Shown: one piece after another, positions 9,653 through 18,428 of the stretch
Position numbering within the stretch: the stretch's first letter is position 1
How the letters are laid out: each line of letters starts with the position of its first letter
Source of the DNA: Calditrichia bacterium
Lineage (GTDB): Bacteria; Calditrichota; Calditrichia; RBG-13-44-9; J075
Length of the DNA: 64,000 bases
Assembly (NCBI GenBank): GCA_020635015.1
Contig: JACKAP010000006.1
Span: forward strand, 76,998-140,997
Direction: 5' to 3'
Notes under the pieces: model-generated
Seen by the model: the letters and a program-made list of their open reading frames with translations, nothing else
What the model was told of the DNA's origin: nothing
Databases searched by the model: none
Translations under genes and position numbers: made by a program

Positions 9653-11005
9653 ATGGAAACAAAAGCGAAAATCGATGATAGTCCCGCCCGGGAGGGCGCT
9701 CCGAAACGGATCCACCTGACCACCCTGGGGTGTTCCAAGAATACCTACGATTCGGAGATCCTGCTCGGGCAGTTGCGCTCGCGCAATGCCCAGATTGTGG
9801 AAGCGCCGGAGAGCGCCGATGTCATCATCATCAATACCTGCGGCTTTATCGAGATGGCCAAGCAGGAATCGATCGAAGCGATCCTGGAGGCCGAACAGCT
9901 CAAAAAGGATCACCCCGGCAAGAAGGTGGTGGTGTGCGGCTGTCTTTCCCAACGCTACGCCACGGAACTGCGTGCGGAGATGCCCGGCATCGACGGGATC
10001 TTCGGCACCGAGGATTATGCCAATATCCTGAAGTTTCTCGATTATGATCCGCGCCTGTCGCCGGAATTTCTCTATGAACAGCGTATTCTGACGACTTCCA
10101 AACATTATGCCTATCTGAAAATTTCCGAGGGCTGCAATCACACTTGCGCCTTTTGCGCCATTCCCCTGATGCGCGGCCGCCACCGCAGCCGGCCGTTGGA
10201 GCAGATCATTGACGAGGCCCGGCGTCTGGCGGACCAGGGCGTCAAGGAGCTGATCATCATTTCCCAGGATACCACGTTCTACGGGTTGGATCTCTACCAG
10301 TCGCAGCGGCTGGTGGAACTGCTGGAACAGTTGGAGGCGGTGGAGGGCATCGAATGGATCCGGCTTCATTATCTGTATCCCACCACCGTGCAGGACCGGT
10401 TGATCGATTATATGGCCGGCAGCGCCAAGGTGGTGCCTTATCTCGATATGCCGGTGCAGCATATCAGCGACCGGATGCTGAAGATCATGAAGCGGGGCGG
10501 CAAGGCGCACCGTATCCGTAATATTTTCGAACAGGCCCGCGAGAAGATCCAGGACGTTACCCTGCGCACCACTTTCATCGTCGGCCATCCCGGGGAAACA
10601 GAATCAGACTTCCAGGCGTTAAAAGAGTTTGTAGAGGCTTTCCGGTTTGACCGGATGGGGGTCTTCACCTATTCCCATGAGGAAAAGACCTCTGCTTATG
10701 AACTGGAGGATCTTGATCCTGAGGTTAAACAGGCCCGGTATGATGAACTGATGCAGGTGCAGCGCCAGATATCCTTCGACAACAATCAGCAGAAGCACGG
10801 GAAAACCTGCCGGGTGATCGTAGACGAGATCGATTGGACCGCTATGAACGCGTTCGGGCGCACCGCGGGAGATTCCCCGGAAATTGACAATGAGGTGGTG
10901 ATTACCGATCTGAACCGGGCGCTGCGGGTGGGGGAATTTGTAAACGTCGAGATCTTTGATGTCTCGGAATATGAACTTTACGGTAAATTAAAGGATTCAC
11001 CATGA
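9653..11005 (+). CDS. rimO: ribosomal protein S12 methylthiotransferase RimO
   Basis: UPF0004 domain LTTLGCSKNTYDSE. Radical SAM motif CNHTCAFCAIPLMRG. C-terminal TRAM-like region. Confidence 0.88.
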   Translation: METKAKIDDSPAREGAPKRIHLTTLGCSKNTYDSEILLGQLRSRNAQIVEAPESADVIIINTCGFIEMAKQESIEAILEAEQLKKDHPGKKVVVCGCLSQRYATELRAEMPGIDGIFGTEDYANILKFLDYDPRLSPEFLYEQRILTTSKHYAYLKISEGCNHTCAFCAIPLMRGRHRSRPLEQIIDEARRLADQGVKELIIISQDTTFYGLDLYQSQRLVELLEQLEAVEGIEWIRLHYLYPTTVQDRLIDYMAGSAKVVPYLDMPVQHISDRMLKIMKRGGKAHRIRNIFEQAREKIQDVTLRTTFIVGHPGETESDFQALKEFVEAFRFDRMGVFTYSHEEKTSAYELEDLDPEVKQARYDELMQVQRQISFDNNQQKHGKTCRVIVDEIDWTAMNAFGRTAGDSPEIDNEVVITDLNRALRVGEFVNVEIFDVSEYELYGKLKDSP

Positions 11006-12294
11006 AGCGATATGAGAAGCTGGTCTTTTGGATGACGCTAGTGCTGTTGAGCTCAACCGTATTGGCGCAAATTTCCAACCGCTTCCGCAACCGCGAAGCC
11101 GGCGTGCCATTCTTTGAGGCCAAGGTGCTGGAGACCTACTCGGAAGCAGAGGGCAAACTGCTGGCGCGGGCGTTTATTCAGATCGTCAACGACGATCTCA
11201 CCTTCGTAAAGAGCGGGGATGGCTTTCAGGCTGAAGTGCAGATCGAGATTTACCTGCGCCACAAAAGCAGCGATTTTGTGTTTAACCGTACCATTACCCA
11301 AAGCGTTTATACCGAGGATTTTGCCAGAACCAACGATCAGAATATCGTCAATACTTTTTCGACCGATATGGAAGTGGAAGAGGGTGAATATGAGGCGACC
11401 ATCACCGTGCTGGACCAGAATAATAACGAGCAATATACCCGACGCACCAGTTTCAACATCAGTGGCACCAATGCGGTCGATGCCGACCTGATGGTGGGAG
11501 ATATTCTCTTCTTCGACGAATTCCGCAGCGACGAAAACGGGGAAATTGCCGAGTTCAACCCCAAGCTGGATAATAATTTTTCCAGTGACAGCAAGCATCT
11601 TTACTGCTATTTCAACACCTTTACCCGTGATACCACCTCGGAAATGACCGTCGATTATGTGGTGCAGGATGACCGGGGACTGGTGGTACAGCAGAACCAG
11701 TATGTCATTTCCAGCCCGGAAAAGGGTTATCAGGATCATTACATCCGCCTCAACCGCTACTATTTTAGCCGCAACGATTACGCAATCAACATCAAGGTCT
11801 CCTACAATGGTAAATCGGTGCAGCGTACCGCCCGGTTCGGCTTTTACTGGCAGTTCGTTCCCGGAACGGAAAAAGATCTCGATCTGGCGATCAAGCAACT
11901 GCGTTATATCGCCAAGGAAGATTCGATCAAGTACTACCTGAAGAAAGGCAGCTATGAGGAGAAAAAGGCCTTTTTCCAGCGCTTCTGGGAGAGCAAAGAT
12001 CCCAATCCCGATACCGAGGCCAATGAGCTGATGGAGGAATACTATCGCCGGATCAACTATGCCAACGGGCAGTTTTCCTCATCCGGCCTGGGGGGCTGGA
12101 TTACCGACCGCGGGCGCATTTTCATCAAATTCGGCCAGCCGGATGATGTGGAGCGCCATCCCTTCGAGGCGAATTCCTATCCCTACGAGATCTGGCGCTA
12201 CTATTCGTTGCAGAAAAACTTCCTGTTCATCGACCGCACCGGCTTCGGCGATTATGATCTGCATCCGTCGTATTATTATGTGGAATATGAGTGA
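11002..12294 (+). CDS. GWxTD domain-containing protein
   Basis: Signal peptide. C-terminal GLGGWITDRGRIFIKFGQPDD matches the GWxTD motif. The start overlaps the rimO stop (ATGA). Confidence 0.8.
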   Translation: MKRYEKLVFWMTLVLLSSTVLAQISNRFRNREAGVPFFEAKVLETYSEAEGKLLARAFIQIVNDDLTFVKSGDGFQAEVQIEIYLRHKSSDFVFNRTITQSVYTEDFARTNDQNIVNTFSTDMEVEEGEYEATITVLDQNNNEQYTRRTSFNISGTNAVDADLMVGDILFFDEFRSDENGEIAEFNPKLDNNFSSDSKHLYCYFNTFTRDTTSEMTVDYVVQDDRGLVVQQNQYVISSPEKGYQDHYIRLNRYYFSRNDYAINIKVSYNGKSVQRTARFGFYWQFVPGTEKDLDLAIKQLRYIAKEDSIKYYLKKGSYEEKKAFFQRFWESKDPNPDTEANELMEEYYRRINYANGQFSSSGLGGWITDRGRIFIKFGQPDDVERHPFEANSYPYEIWRYYSLQKNFLFIDRTGFGDYDLHPSYYYVEYE

Positions 12295-12296
12295 GG

Positions 12297-12568
12297 TGTT
12301 TGCTCGCTTCGCTCGCGATGTTAGTTCGCTTCGCTCACGATGTTTGCTCGCTGGCGCTCGCGATGTTTGCTCACTTCGTTCGCGATATTTGCGCTTCGCG
12401 CGATATTTGTTCGCTACGCTCACGATGTTTGCGCTTCGGGCGTCATGGAACGAAGAATACCTACTCCTCGATACTCGCAAGGTACCGCGCGAAGCGCAAA
12501 TATCGCTCACGAAGTGAGCAAACATCGCGCGAAGCGCAAATATCGTGAGCGACAGCGAGCAAACATCA
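12297..12568. repeat. array of ~22-bp units (TGTTTGCTCGCTTCGCTCGCGA-like): about 7 direct copies, then about 4 inverted copies
   Basis: Read directly. It occupies nearly the whole gap between the convergent GWxTD and BlaR1-like genes. Units abut without spacers. Confidence 0.85.
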
Positions 12569-12588
12569 CTCAAATGCCAAACTTCCCT

Positions 12589-14190
12589 TTAATTTCCATC
12601 CTTCTTCTTCAGTCCGCTAAAATCAATCATACTTTCCGGGTCCAGTGCTTTGTCATTGTGACGTAATTCGAAGTGCAGGTGCGGGGCGGTCGATAATCCG
12701 GAGTCACCGACCAGGCCGATCAATGTGCCGGCATCAACCTGCTGGCCGTAGCTGACCAGGATGGTGTCCATTTGGCTGTAGAGTGTGGTATAATCATCTC
12801 CATGGCGGAGGATGACGGTATTCCCATAATTCTCCCTAAACTTGCTGAGAATTACCGTGCCGGCGGCTGCGGCGTAAATTTCACTGCCCCGGGGGGCGGC
12901 GACATCGATCCCCCTGTGCAGCATCTTGACTTTCTTGACGGGGTGAATCCGATTGCCATAGCCCGAGCTGACATAGCCGGTTTTTATCGGGCAGTCGAAT
13001 GCCGGACCGGCCATTGCCGGCGGATTTTCCGCTACGGGGCGGTCATCTGCCAACGATTGGTAAGAAGCCATCGGTAGTAAAAACAGGCCGATGAGCATGA
13101 GAACGGCGATGCGAACCAGCGGGTGATGCTTTTTCATAAAACTTCCTCCTTTGATATCGTGAATACGTTGTACCAGAAATTGATGATCGTTGCTAAAACC
13201 GGCATAGAGTTTCCAAGGTTCGGTTCCGCTTTGGTTTAGCCTGAGAACGGCCAGCATGCTTTCGCCATATTCGCGGGGAGAAATTTGCCGCCGGGCCAGC
13301 ACCATCCGGTCACAGATCCGTTCCCGGGCCTGGTTGAGCCGGCGGTTGGCGTACCACACCACTGGATGAAAGAAGTAGATCGCCTGCAGTAATATCTGCA
13401 GCCGGATCCACAGATCGTCATAGCGCCGTATATGGGCCATCTCATGAGCGATGATCGCCTCCAGCAGCCGGGGAGTGTGGAGCGCTGCGACCTTCTGGGG
13501 CAAAAAAATCACCGGGCGAAATATGCCGATGGTAAATGGCGTGGTGCAGTCGTCGGCGCTGCAGAGACGTACCGGCCGGGTGATGCGGAAGGCTTGCCGC
13601 CAATGGGCTGCAGTTTCCAGAATGGCCGGATCGGTAATCGCGCGGGCGCGGGCCGTCAATCGGCGGTAGCGCCGCCGTCGCTGCAGGAATAACCCGCCCA
13701 AACCGGCCGCTCCGCCCAACCAGGCCAATAGCAGCAGCATCTGCTGCACGGCAGGGTCCTCAGCCGGGGCGGCAACACCCTCCAACGTCTGATGCTCGCC
13801 CGGGAGATAGCTGTGCGCGCCGATACCCTCGTCAGTCAATCCGTTGGCGCCATCGCTCCCGCTGCTAAAGATCAGCCCTGATATCACCTCCCATGACGCC
13901 TGAAAGGGCGGCCAGGGGGCCAGCAGATTCCGGGCGCTGAGCGGGGAGGCCCATGAAGGAGGCACGACCAGGCGCAGCAGCAGCAGGGTGCACAAGCCGA
14001 GTTGAAGGTACGCGGAGCGCTTGCCGAACAGACGGAGGAGAATCCAGATTGGAATAAATAAGACGATACTGTAGAGCAGTTCTGCCTGAAGAAATGCAAT
14101 CATATAGGCGCCTGCCTGTGCGGTCTGGTTGAGAAGGTCAACGCTCATTTTAGCCCTCATTTTGATCTTCAGTGGATTGATCATCTTCAT
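12589..14190 (-). CDS. BlaR1-like M56 peptidase sensor fused to a C-terminal M23 peptidase domain
   Basis: M56 zinc motif IIAHEMAHIRRYDD. Canonical M23 motifs LHRGIDVAAPRGSEIY and GDSGLSTAPHLHFELRH. The start may be 14148 (MSVDLL), abutting the blaI-like stop. Confidence 0.8.
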   Translation of the reverse strand: MKMINPLKIKMRAKMSVDLLNQTAQAGAYMIAFLQAELLYSIVLFIPIWILLRLFGKRSAYLQLGLCTLLLLRLVVPPSWASPLSARNLLAPWPPFQASWEVISGLIFSSGSDGANGLTDEGIGAHSYLPGEHQTLEGVAAPAEDPAVQQMLLLLAWLGGAAGLGGLFLQRRRRYRRLTARARAITDPAILETAAHWRQAFRITRPVRLCSADDCTTPFTIGIFRPVIFLPQKVAALHTPRLLEAIIAHEMAHIRRYDDLWIRLQILLQAIYFFHPVVWYANRRLNQARERICDRMVLARRQISPREYGESMLAVLRLNQSGTEPWKLYAGFSNDHQFLVQRIHDIKGGSFMKKHHPLVRIAVLMLIGLFLLPMASYQSLADDRPVAENPPAMAGPAFDCPIKTGYVSSGYGNRIHPVKKVKMLHRGIDVAAPRGSEIYAAAAGTVILSKFRENYGNTVILRHGDDYTTLYSQMDTILVSYGQQVDAGTLIGLVGDSGLSTAPHLHFELRHNDKALDPESMIDFSGLKKKDGN

Positions 14191-14557
14191 AGAGCAGCCG
14201 GGACAGCTCCTCTATTTCCATCTCCGAAAGGGTGTTGCTGCGGGCAAAGAGGTTGATGACAGTTCCGTAGTCTGTCTCCAACACCCGGTCGGCGAAGAAC
14301 TGTACCATCCGCACCAGACCGGCTGGCCGGGATACCCGGGGTTGATAGAGAAAGATGCCGTGGAATTTCTCTCGGGTAAGCAGGCCTTTCTTGACCATCC
14401 GGTCCATCATGGTTTTAGTGGTTGAATAGGCCCATTGCTGGGTAGGGTTGAGTTGATCGTGCACTTCCCGGATGGTCTGCCGGCCGCTGCGCCAGAGCAC
14501 TTTCATGATGCTGTATTCCGCCCGGGATAGATCGGGTATTTCTGTGGGAGCTGTCAT
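14150..14557 (-). CDS. BlaI/MecI/CopY family transcriptional repressor
   Basis: Winged-helix N-terminus LSRAEYSIMKVLW...TIREVHDQL. Lies directly upstream of the BlaR1-like gene. Start chosen at MTAPTE (14557). Confidence 0.85.
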   Translation of the reverse strand: MTAPTEIPDLSRAEYSIMKVLWRSGRQTIREVHDQLNPTQQWAYSTTKTMMDRMVKKGLLTREKFHGIFLYQPRVSRPAGLVRMVQFFADRVLETDYGTVINLFARSNTLSEMEIEELSRLLYEDDQSTEDQNEG

Positions 14558-14587
14558 ATAACACCTGAGTTTGTTTGTCGTTGTTTT

Positions 14588-14600
14588 GTTACACTGTAAC
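14588..14600. promoter_or_regulatory. candidate BlaI-family operator (GTTACA-n-TGTAAC dyad)
   Basis: Perfect dyad gttacactgtaac about 30 nt upstream of the blaI-like start. BlaI/MecI/CopY operators are built on TACA/TGTA dyads. Confidence 0.45.
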
Positions 14601-14970
14601 AGGCTTGCTAAATAAACAAAACTGCAAAACAAAAGTCAAGAAAAAAAATCCATTGGGGAATTTTATGGCCGGGCAGGTGGGGAAGCGGCTATTCTGAGAA
14701 GGCTTGGGTGACTTGCCTCCTGAAGCGATTCTCGGAATAACAGAGGGATTGTGGTATTTACCACAGGACTCATCTGAAACGGGGCTATCGGTAACTCCAA
14801 AAAAGGCAGGAATTAAAACCGGGGTATTAGTTCATAACCGTTAGACAATAAATTTCATCCCCGAAAAATAATGATCTTGCGCAAGACCGAATAAGACTAT
14901 TTTGAGTTGATTGTGAGTTTGGAAGTGCGGTGGTTGGCGTGAAACATTTTGATCAAAATGATGGCTCTGT

Positions 14971-15014
14971 ACAAAGAAAAACTCCCTCTCCATGCCGCTG
15001 CACGAAAGGGAGTT
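14971..15014 (-). terminator. intrinsic terminator downstream of rpmB
   Basis: On the minus strand, an 8-bp stem (aactccct/agggagtt) is followed by ttttctttgt, about 25 nt after the rpmB stop. Confidence 0.55.
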
Positions 15015-15039
15015 CCTATACCGGATAAAAACACAAATA

Positions 15040-15234
15040 TCAGCTGACCGCTTTTTCGACCTTGCCAGCCTGAATGCAACTGGTGCAGACCATAATCCGC
15101 TTGGTAGCGCCATTAATTACTGCCCGGACCTTTTGAAGGTTAGGGTTAAATCGGCGTAAGGTCTTGTTATTTGCATGACTTACATTCTTGCCAGTCATCG
15201 GTTTTTTGCCACATACTTCGCACATTTTCGCCAT
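15040..15234 (-). CDS. rpmB: 50S ribosomal protein L28
   Basis: [36 protein letters not shown]. Start taken at MAKMCE rather than the upstream ORF start. Confidence 0.92.
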   Translation of the reverse strand: MAKMCEVCGKKPMTGKNVSHANNKTLRRFNPNLQKVRAVINGATKRIMVCTSCIQAGKVEKAVS

Positions 15235-15567
15235 GTTGACTCTCCTTATGCTTGTAAAAATAAAGACTCTAAATATATGATATGGAATATCTGAAAACAA
15301 ATCTATTTAGAAATTTTCTTAGATTTTTTGCAGTTTTTGGCTAAGTCGTTATTAAACCGAAGGAAAGCTTGCCGTGTTACGTGAAACCCTCTTTTGTGAA
15401 ACAATTCGGTAATTTTTTTGCAATTTTTTTTACGGGCGATTTGGATAATTGGGGGGACTTTTTTTATTATTAGAGGCTCATTTGGGGTAAGGTAAGCCAA
15501 AAACGATTTTCCAACAAATTCAATTGACCGGGTCAATTGGTAAGGGCCTCTCTTTGTCTGGCCAGGA

Positions 15568-17037
15568 ATGGATTTATTAGGGATGAGTGACGTACAGGCG
15601 GTACGCTTGAATATGCGATCTGACGATTTGGATGCTTCAAGGCCGGCAGGGAGCCACCGGGATGGTGTGAAAGACCAGTGGGAGAAATGCCTGACTGCGC
15701 TGAAGACCGCTTTGCCTTCCCAAACCATTCAGACCTGGTTCCTGCCGATCAAGCCGGTATCCCTGATCGATGAAACCCTCATTCTGACCCTGCCGTCCCG
15801 ATTCTTTCAGGAATGGATCGAATCTCATTATGGCGAGTTGTTCAAGGAAGCGATTGCTGCAGCCTTCGGGGAAACGGTGCAGGTCAAATTCCTCATTGTC
15901 AGCGAACAGGAAGAACAACAGCAAATTGCCGCCGCCGCTCCGTCGCCGGAGGAGGACGCAGGCGGCGAGCAGACCGCCATGCCCGCTCCGGAGGCTTGTG
16001 ATTTCGATCACCGTTTCCACTTTGATAATTTTTTCGGAGGGATGGAAAACCAGTTCGCCCTCAAAGCCACCCAGCATGTGGCCCGGCAGCCCGGCACCAC
16101 CGAGTATAATCCGCTGCTGATCCAGGGAGATATCGGCACCGGTAAAACCCACCTACTCCATGCGTTCGGGAATCATCTCCATGAGCACCGGACGGAAACT
16201 CGCCAAATCCTGCTCTCCGGAGAAGGGTTTCTGCATGAATACGTCAATGCTCTACAGAGCAATCGCACCAACCAGTTTATTGCGCAAATGACGGCGGCAA
16301 ACGTCTTTTATCTGGATGATATCCACTTCCTGGCCAATAAGACCAAATCCCAGGAAGGGCTGCTGTTTGTCATCTCCGAGTTACTGAAACGCAAAGCGCA
16401 GATTGTGATCACCTCCCAACTGGCCCCCAATCAGCTCATCCAGTTCAATCCCAAGCTGATTGCCTTCCTGCAGAAAGGGCTGGTGGTCAACCTCGCTGCC
16501 TGCGATTACAATACCCGCGAACAAATCATCCGCCATCATCTGGAAAAAAATGGGTTGCGGCTGGAAGAAAAGATCATTTTTTACCTGGCGGAGCATCTTC
16601 AGAATAATGTGCACCAGCTTCACTCGGTGATGGTGCGGCTGGTTGCTCAGATGTCGCTGCTTGGGAAAAGCATGACCCTGGAGGAGGTGCGCTATATCAT
16701 CTCCCGGATATGCCCCCAGGACGGTGCCGGCACGCCGGGGGTATCCCCGCACCAGGAGATTCGCATCGACAGCATTGTCACTGCCACATCGAATTTTTTC
16801 AACATCCCGGTCGACATTCTCCAGGGTGTTTCCCGCAAGCAAAAGCTGATCAATGCCCGCCAGATAGCCATCTATCTCTGCCGCGAACTCACCAGCGAGT
16901 CACTAAGCGCCATCGGGTATCATTTCTCCAACCTGAATCATGCGTCGGTGCTGTACTCCTATAATAAGGTCAAGCAAAACATGACCCAAAATCCCCGCCT
17001 GAAATCCACGGTCGACAAAATCAAATCTTTGCTCTAG
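15568..17037 (+). CDS. dnaA: chromosomal replication initiator protein DnaA
   Basis: N-terminal WEKCLTALKTALPSQTIQTWFLPIKP. AAA+ Walker A LIQGDIGTGKTHLL. C-terminal DNA-binding signature AIGYHFSNLNHASVLYSYNKV. The true start may be 15613 (ATG) or 15667 (GTG). Confidence 0.93.
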   Translation: MDLLGMSDVQAVRLNMRSDDLDASRPAGSHRDGVKDQWEKCLTALKTALPSQTIQTWFLPIKPVSLIDETLILTLPSRFFQEWIESHYGELFKEAIAAAFGETVQVKFLIVSEQEEQQQIAAAAPSPEEDAGGEQTAMPAPEACDFDHRFHFDNFFGGMENQFALKATQHVARQPGTTEYNPLLIQGDIGTGKTHLLHAFGNHLHEHRTETRQILLSGEGFLHEYVNALQSNRTNQFIAQMTAANVFYLDDIHFLANKTKSQEGLLFVISELLKRKAQIVITSQLAPNQLIQFNPKLIAFLQKGLVVNLAACDYNTREQIIRHHLEKNGLRLEEKIIFYLAEHLQNNVHQLHSVMVRLVAQMSLLGKSMTLEEVRYIISRICPQDGAGTPGVSPHQEIRIDSIVTATSNFFNIPVDILQGVSRKQKLINARQIAIYLCRELTSESLSAIGYHFSNLNHASVLYSYNKVKQNMTQNPRLKSTVDKIKSLL

Positions 17038-17175
17038 ACCGCCACGGGAACCTGAAACCCCGCTTCCGGGTAAAGGATCAATGAACGGTGGCAACAATAA
17101 TAAAAAGCAAGTGCATCGGCGTGCCGGATGCTGTATTATTCCGTTTGATATGTTGAACCAACAGGAGACCCCGGA

Positions 17176-18057
17176 TTGCTGAGGATTCTTTGCTTACTCT
17201 TTATGCTGACGCTATTACTGCCCGCTCAGGAAGATCCATCTGCCGATACCAGCGCAATTTCTACCCCAAATACACCGCCGGAAGCGCGTTTCCGCCCGCT
17301 GGAGCGGGAGGTGCCCAACCGGGCCTTCCGGGTGGGCGAGCGGCTGACCTTTACGATCCGCTACGGCTTTGTGAAGGCCGGGGAAGCGATTATGGAGGTG
17401 ACCGACTCCATGCTGGTGCGCGACAGTATCCCGGCCTATCATATTACCTCCCTGGCCCAATCGGCTTCGTTCTTTGATAATTTCTACAAAGTGCGCGATA
17501 CCGTCGAGACCTTTGTCGACGCCCGGCGAATGTTTTCCTGGAAGTTCAGTAAAAAGCTGCGCGAAGGGGGATATAAATTTGATCTGCTGGTCGATTATGA
17601 TCAGCATTACGGCGCTGCCAAGGTGAAACGGATCCGCTACCATAACAAAGAACCGCTGGAGATCAAAAACCAGAGCGAGTTCAGTCTGCAGATTCCGGCT
17701 TATGTGATGGATGTGCTGGCCGCTTTTTACTATGTGCGTACCCAGAAACTGGAACCCGGCATGCCGCTTTATATGTCAAATCACGATAACAATAAAGTCT
17801 ATGACCTGCAGGTGATCGTGCAGCGCCGGGAACGGATCAAAGTCGATGCCGGCGAATTCAATACCATCATGGTGCAACCCCGCTTGAAAGGGGAGGCCAT
17901 CTTCAAACAAAAGGGCGAATTGTGGATCTGGCTGACCGACGATCAATATAAGATTCCGGTGCAAATGAAGTCGAAAGTGGCGGTGGGTAAGATCACCACA
18001 GAACTGAAGGAAATCGAGGGCGTTCCCCTCCCCTTGCCCTCGCAAGTCAAGCGGTGA
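17176..18057 (+). CDS. DUF3108-like secreted protein
   Basis: Signal peptide. GERLTFTIRYGFVKAGEAIMEV resembles the DUF3108 family. The start could be 17203. Confidence 0.5.
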   Translation: MLRILCLLFMLTLLLPAQEDPSADTSAISTPNTPPEARFRPLEREVPNRAFRVGERLTFTIRYGFVKAGEAIMEVTDSMLVRDSIPAYHITSLAQSASFFDNFYKVRDTVETFVDARRMFSWKFSKKLREGGYKFDLLVDYDQHYGAAKVKRIRYHNKEPLEIKNQSEFSLQIPAYVMDVLAAFYYVRTQKLEPGMPLYMSNHDNNKVYDLQVIVQRRERIKVDAGEFNTIMVQPRLKGEAIFKQKGELWIWLTDDQYKIPVQMKSKVAVGKITTELKEIEGVPLPLPSQVKR

Positions 18058-18428
18058 AATGCGTTGCACTTTTGGTAATTTTGCCAAAAATATGCATAAT
18101 ATTTACACTTTTTGAAAAAGATGCCGTTTGGTGGCGATTGGTAGCCGGCAATATGTTTTGCCGGCATTGCCGATGCTCATCCACAGTAAAGCGCCTGATG
18201 ATGTCAAACCGGTGAATTGACCCGACTTTTCACCCAAAAACCTTCGCGTCGCACCGTCCAGCCGGCAAATGTACCCCCTTCTCTGTGTGAAACATAAAAT
18301 TCGCCAATGTTCGATTGACGCAGCTTACAAATTCGCCGCCGGGAAATTTAATCCGGGACGATGCGCCTCCTGCTGGTAAGATTTTTGCACCGACTTGCTC
18401 TGAGGATAACAGGAGAAGGAGCATTTAT

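Noticed and set aside
12297-12568. Possible CRISPR array
   Set aside because: The ~22-bp units abut each other with no unique spacers. Half the array is in inverted orientation. No cas genes or leader are present.
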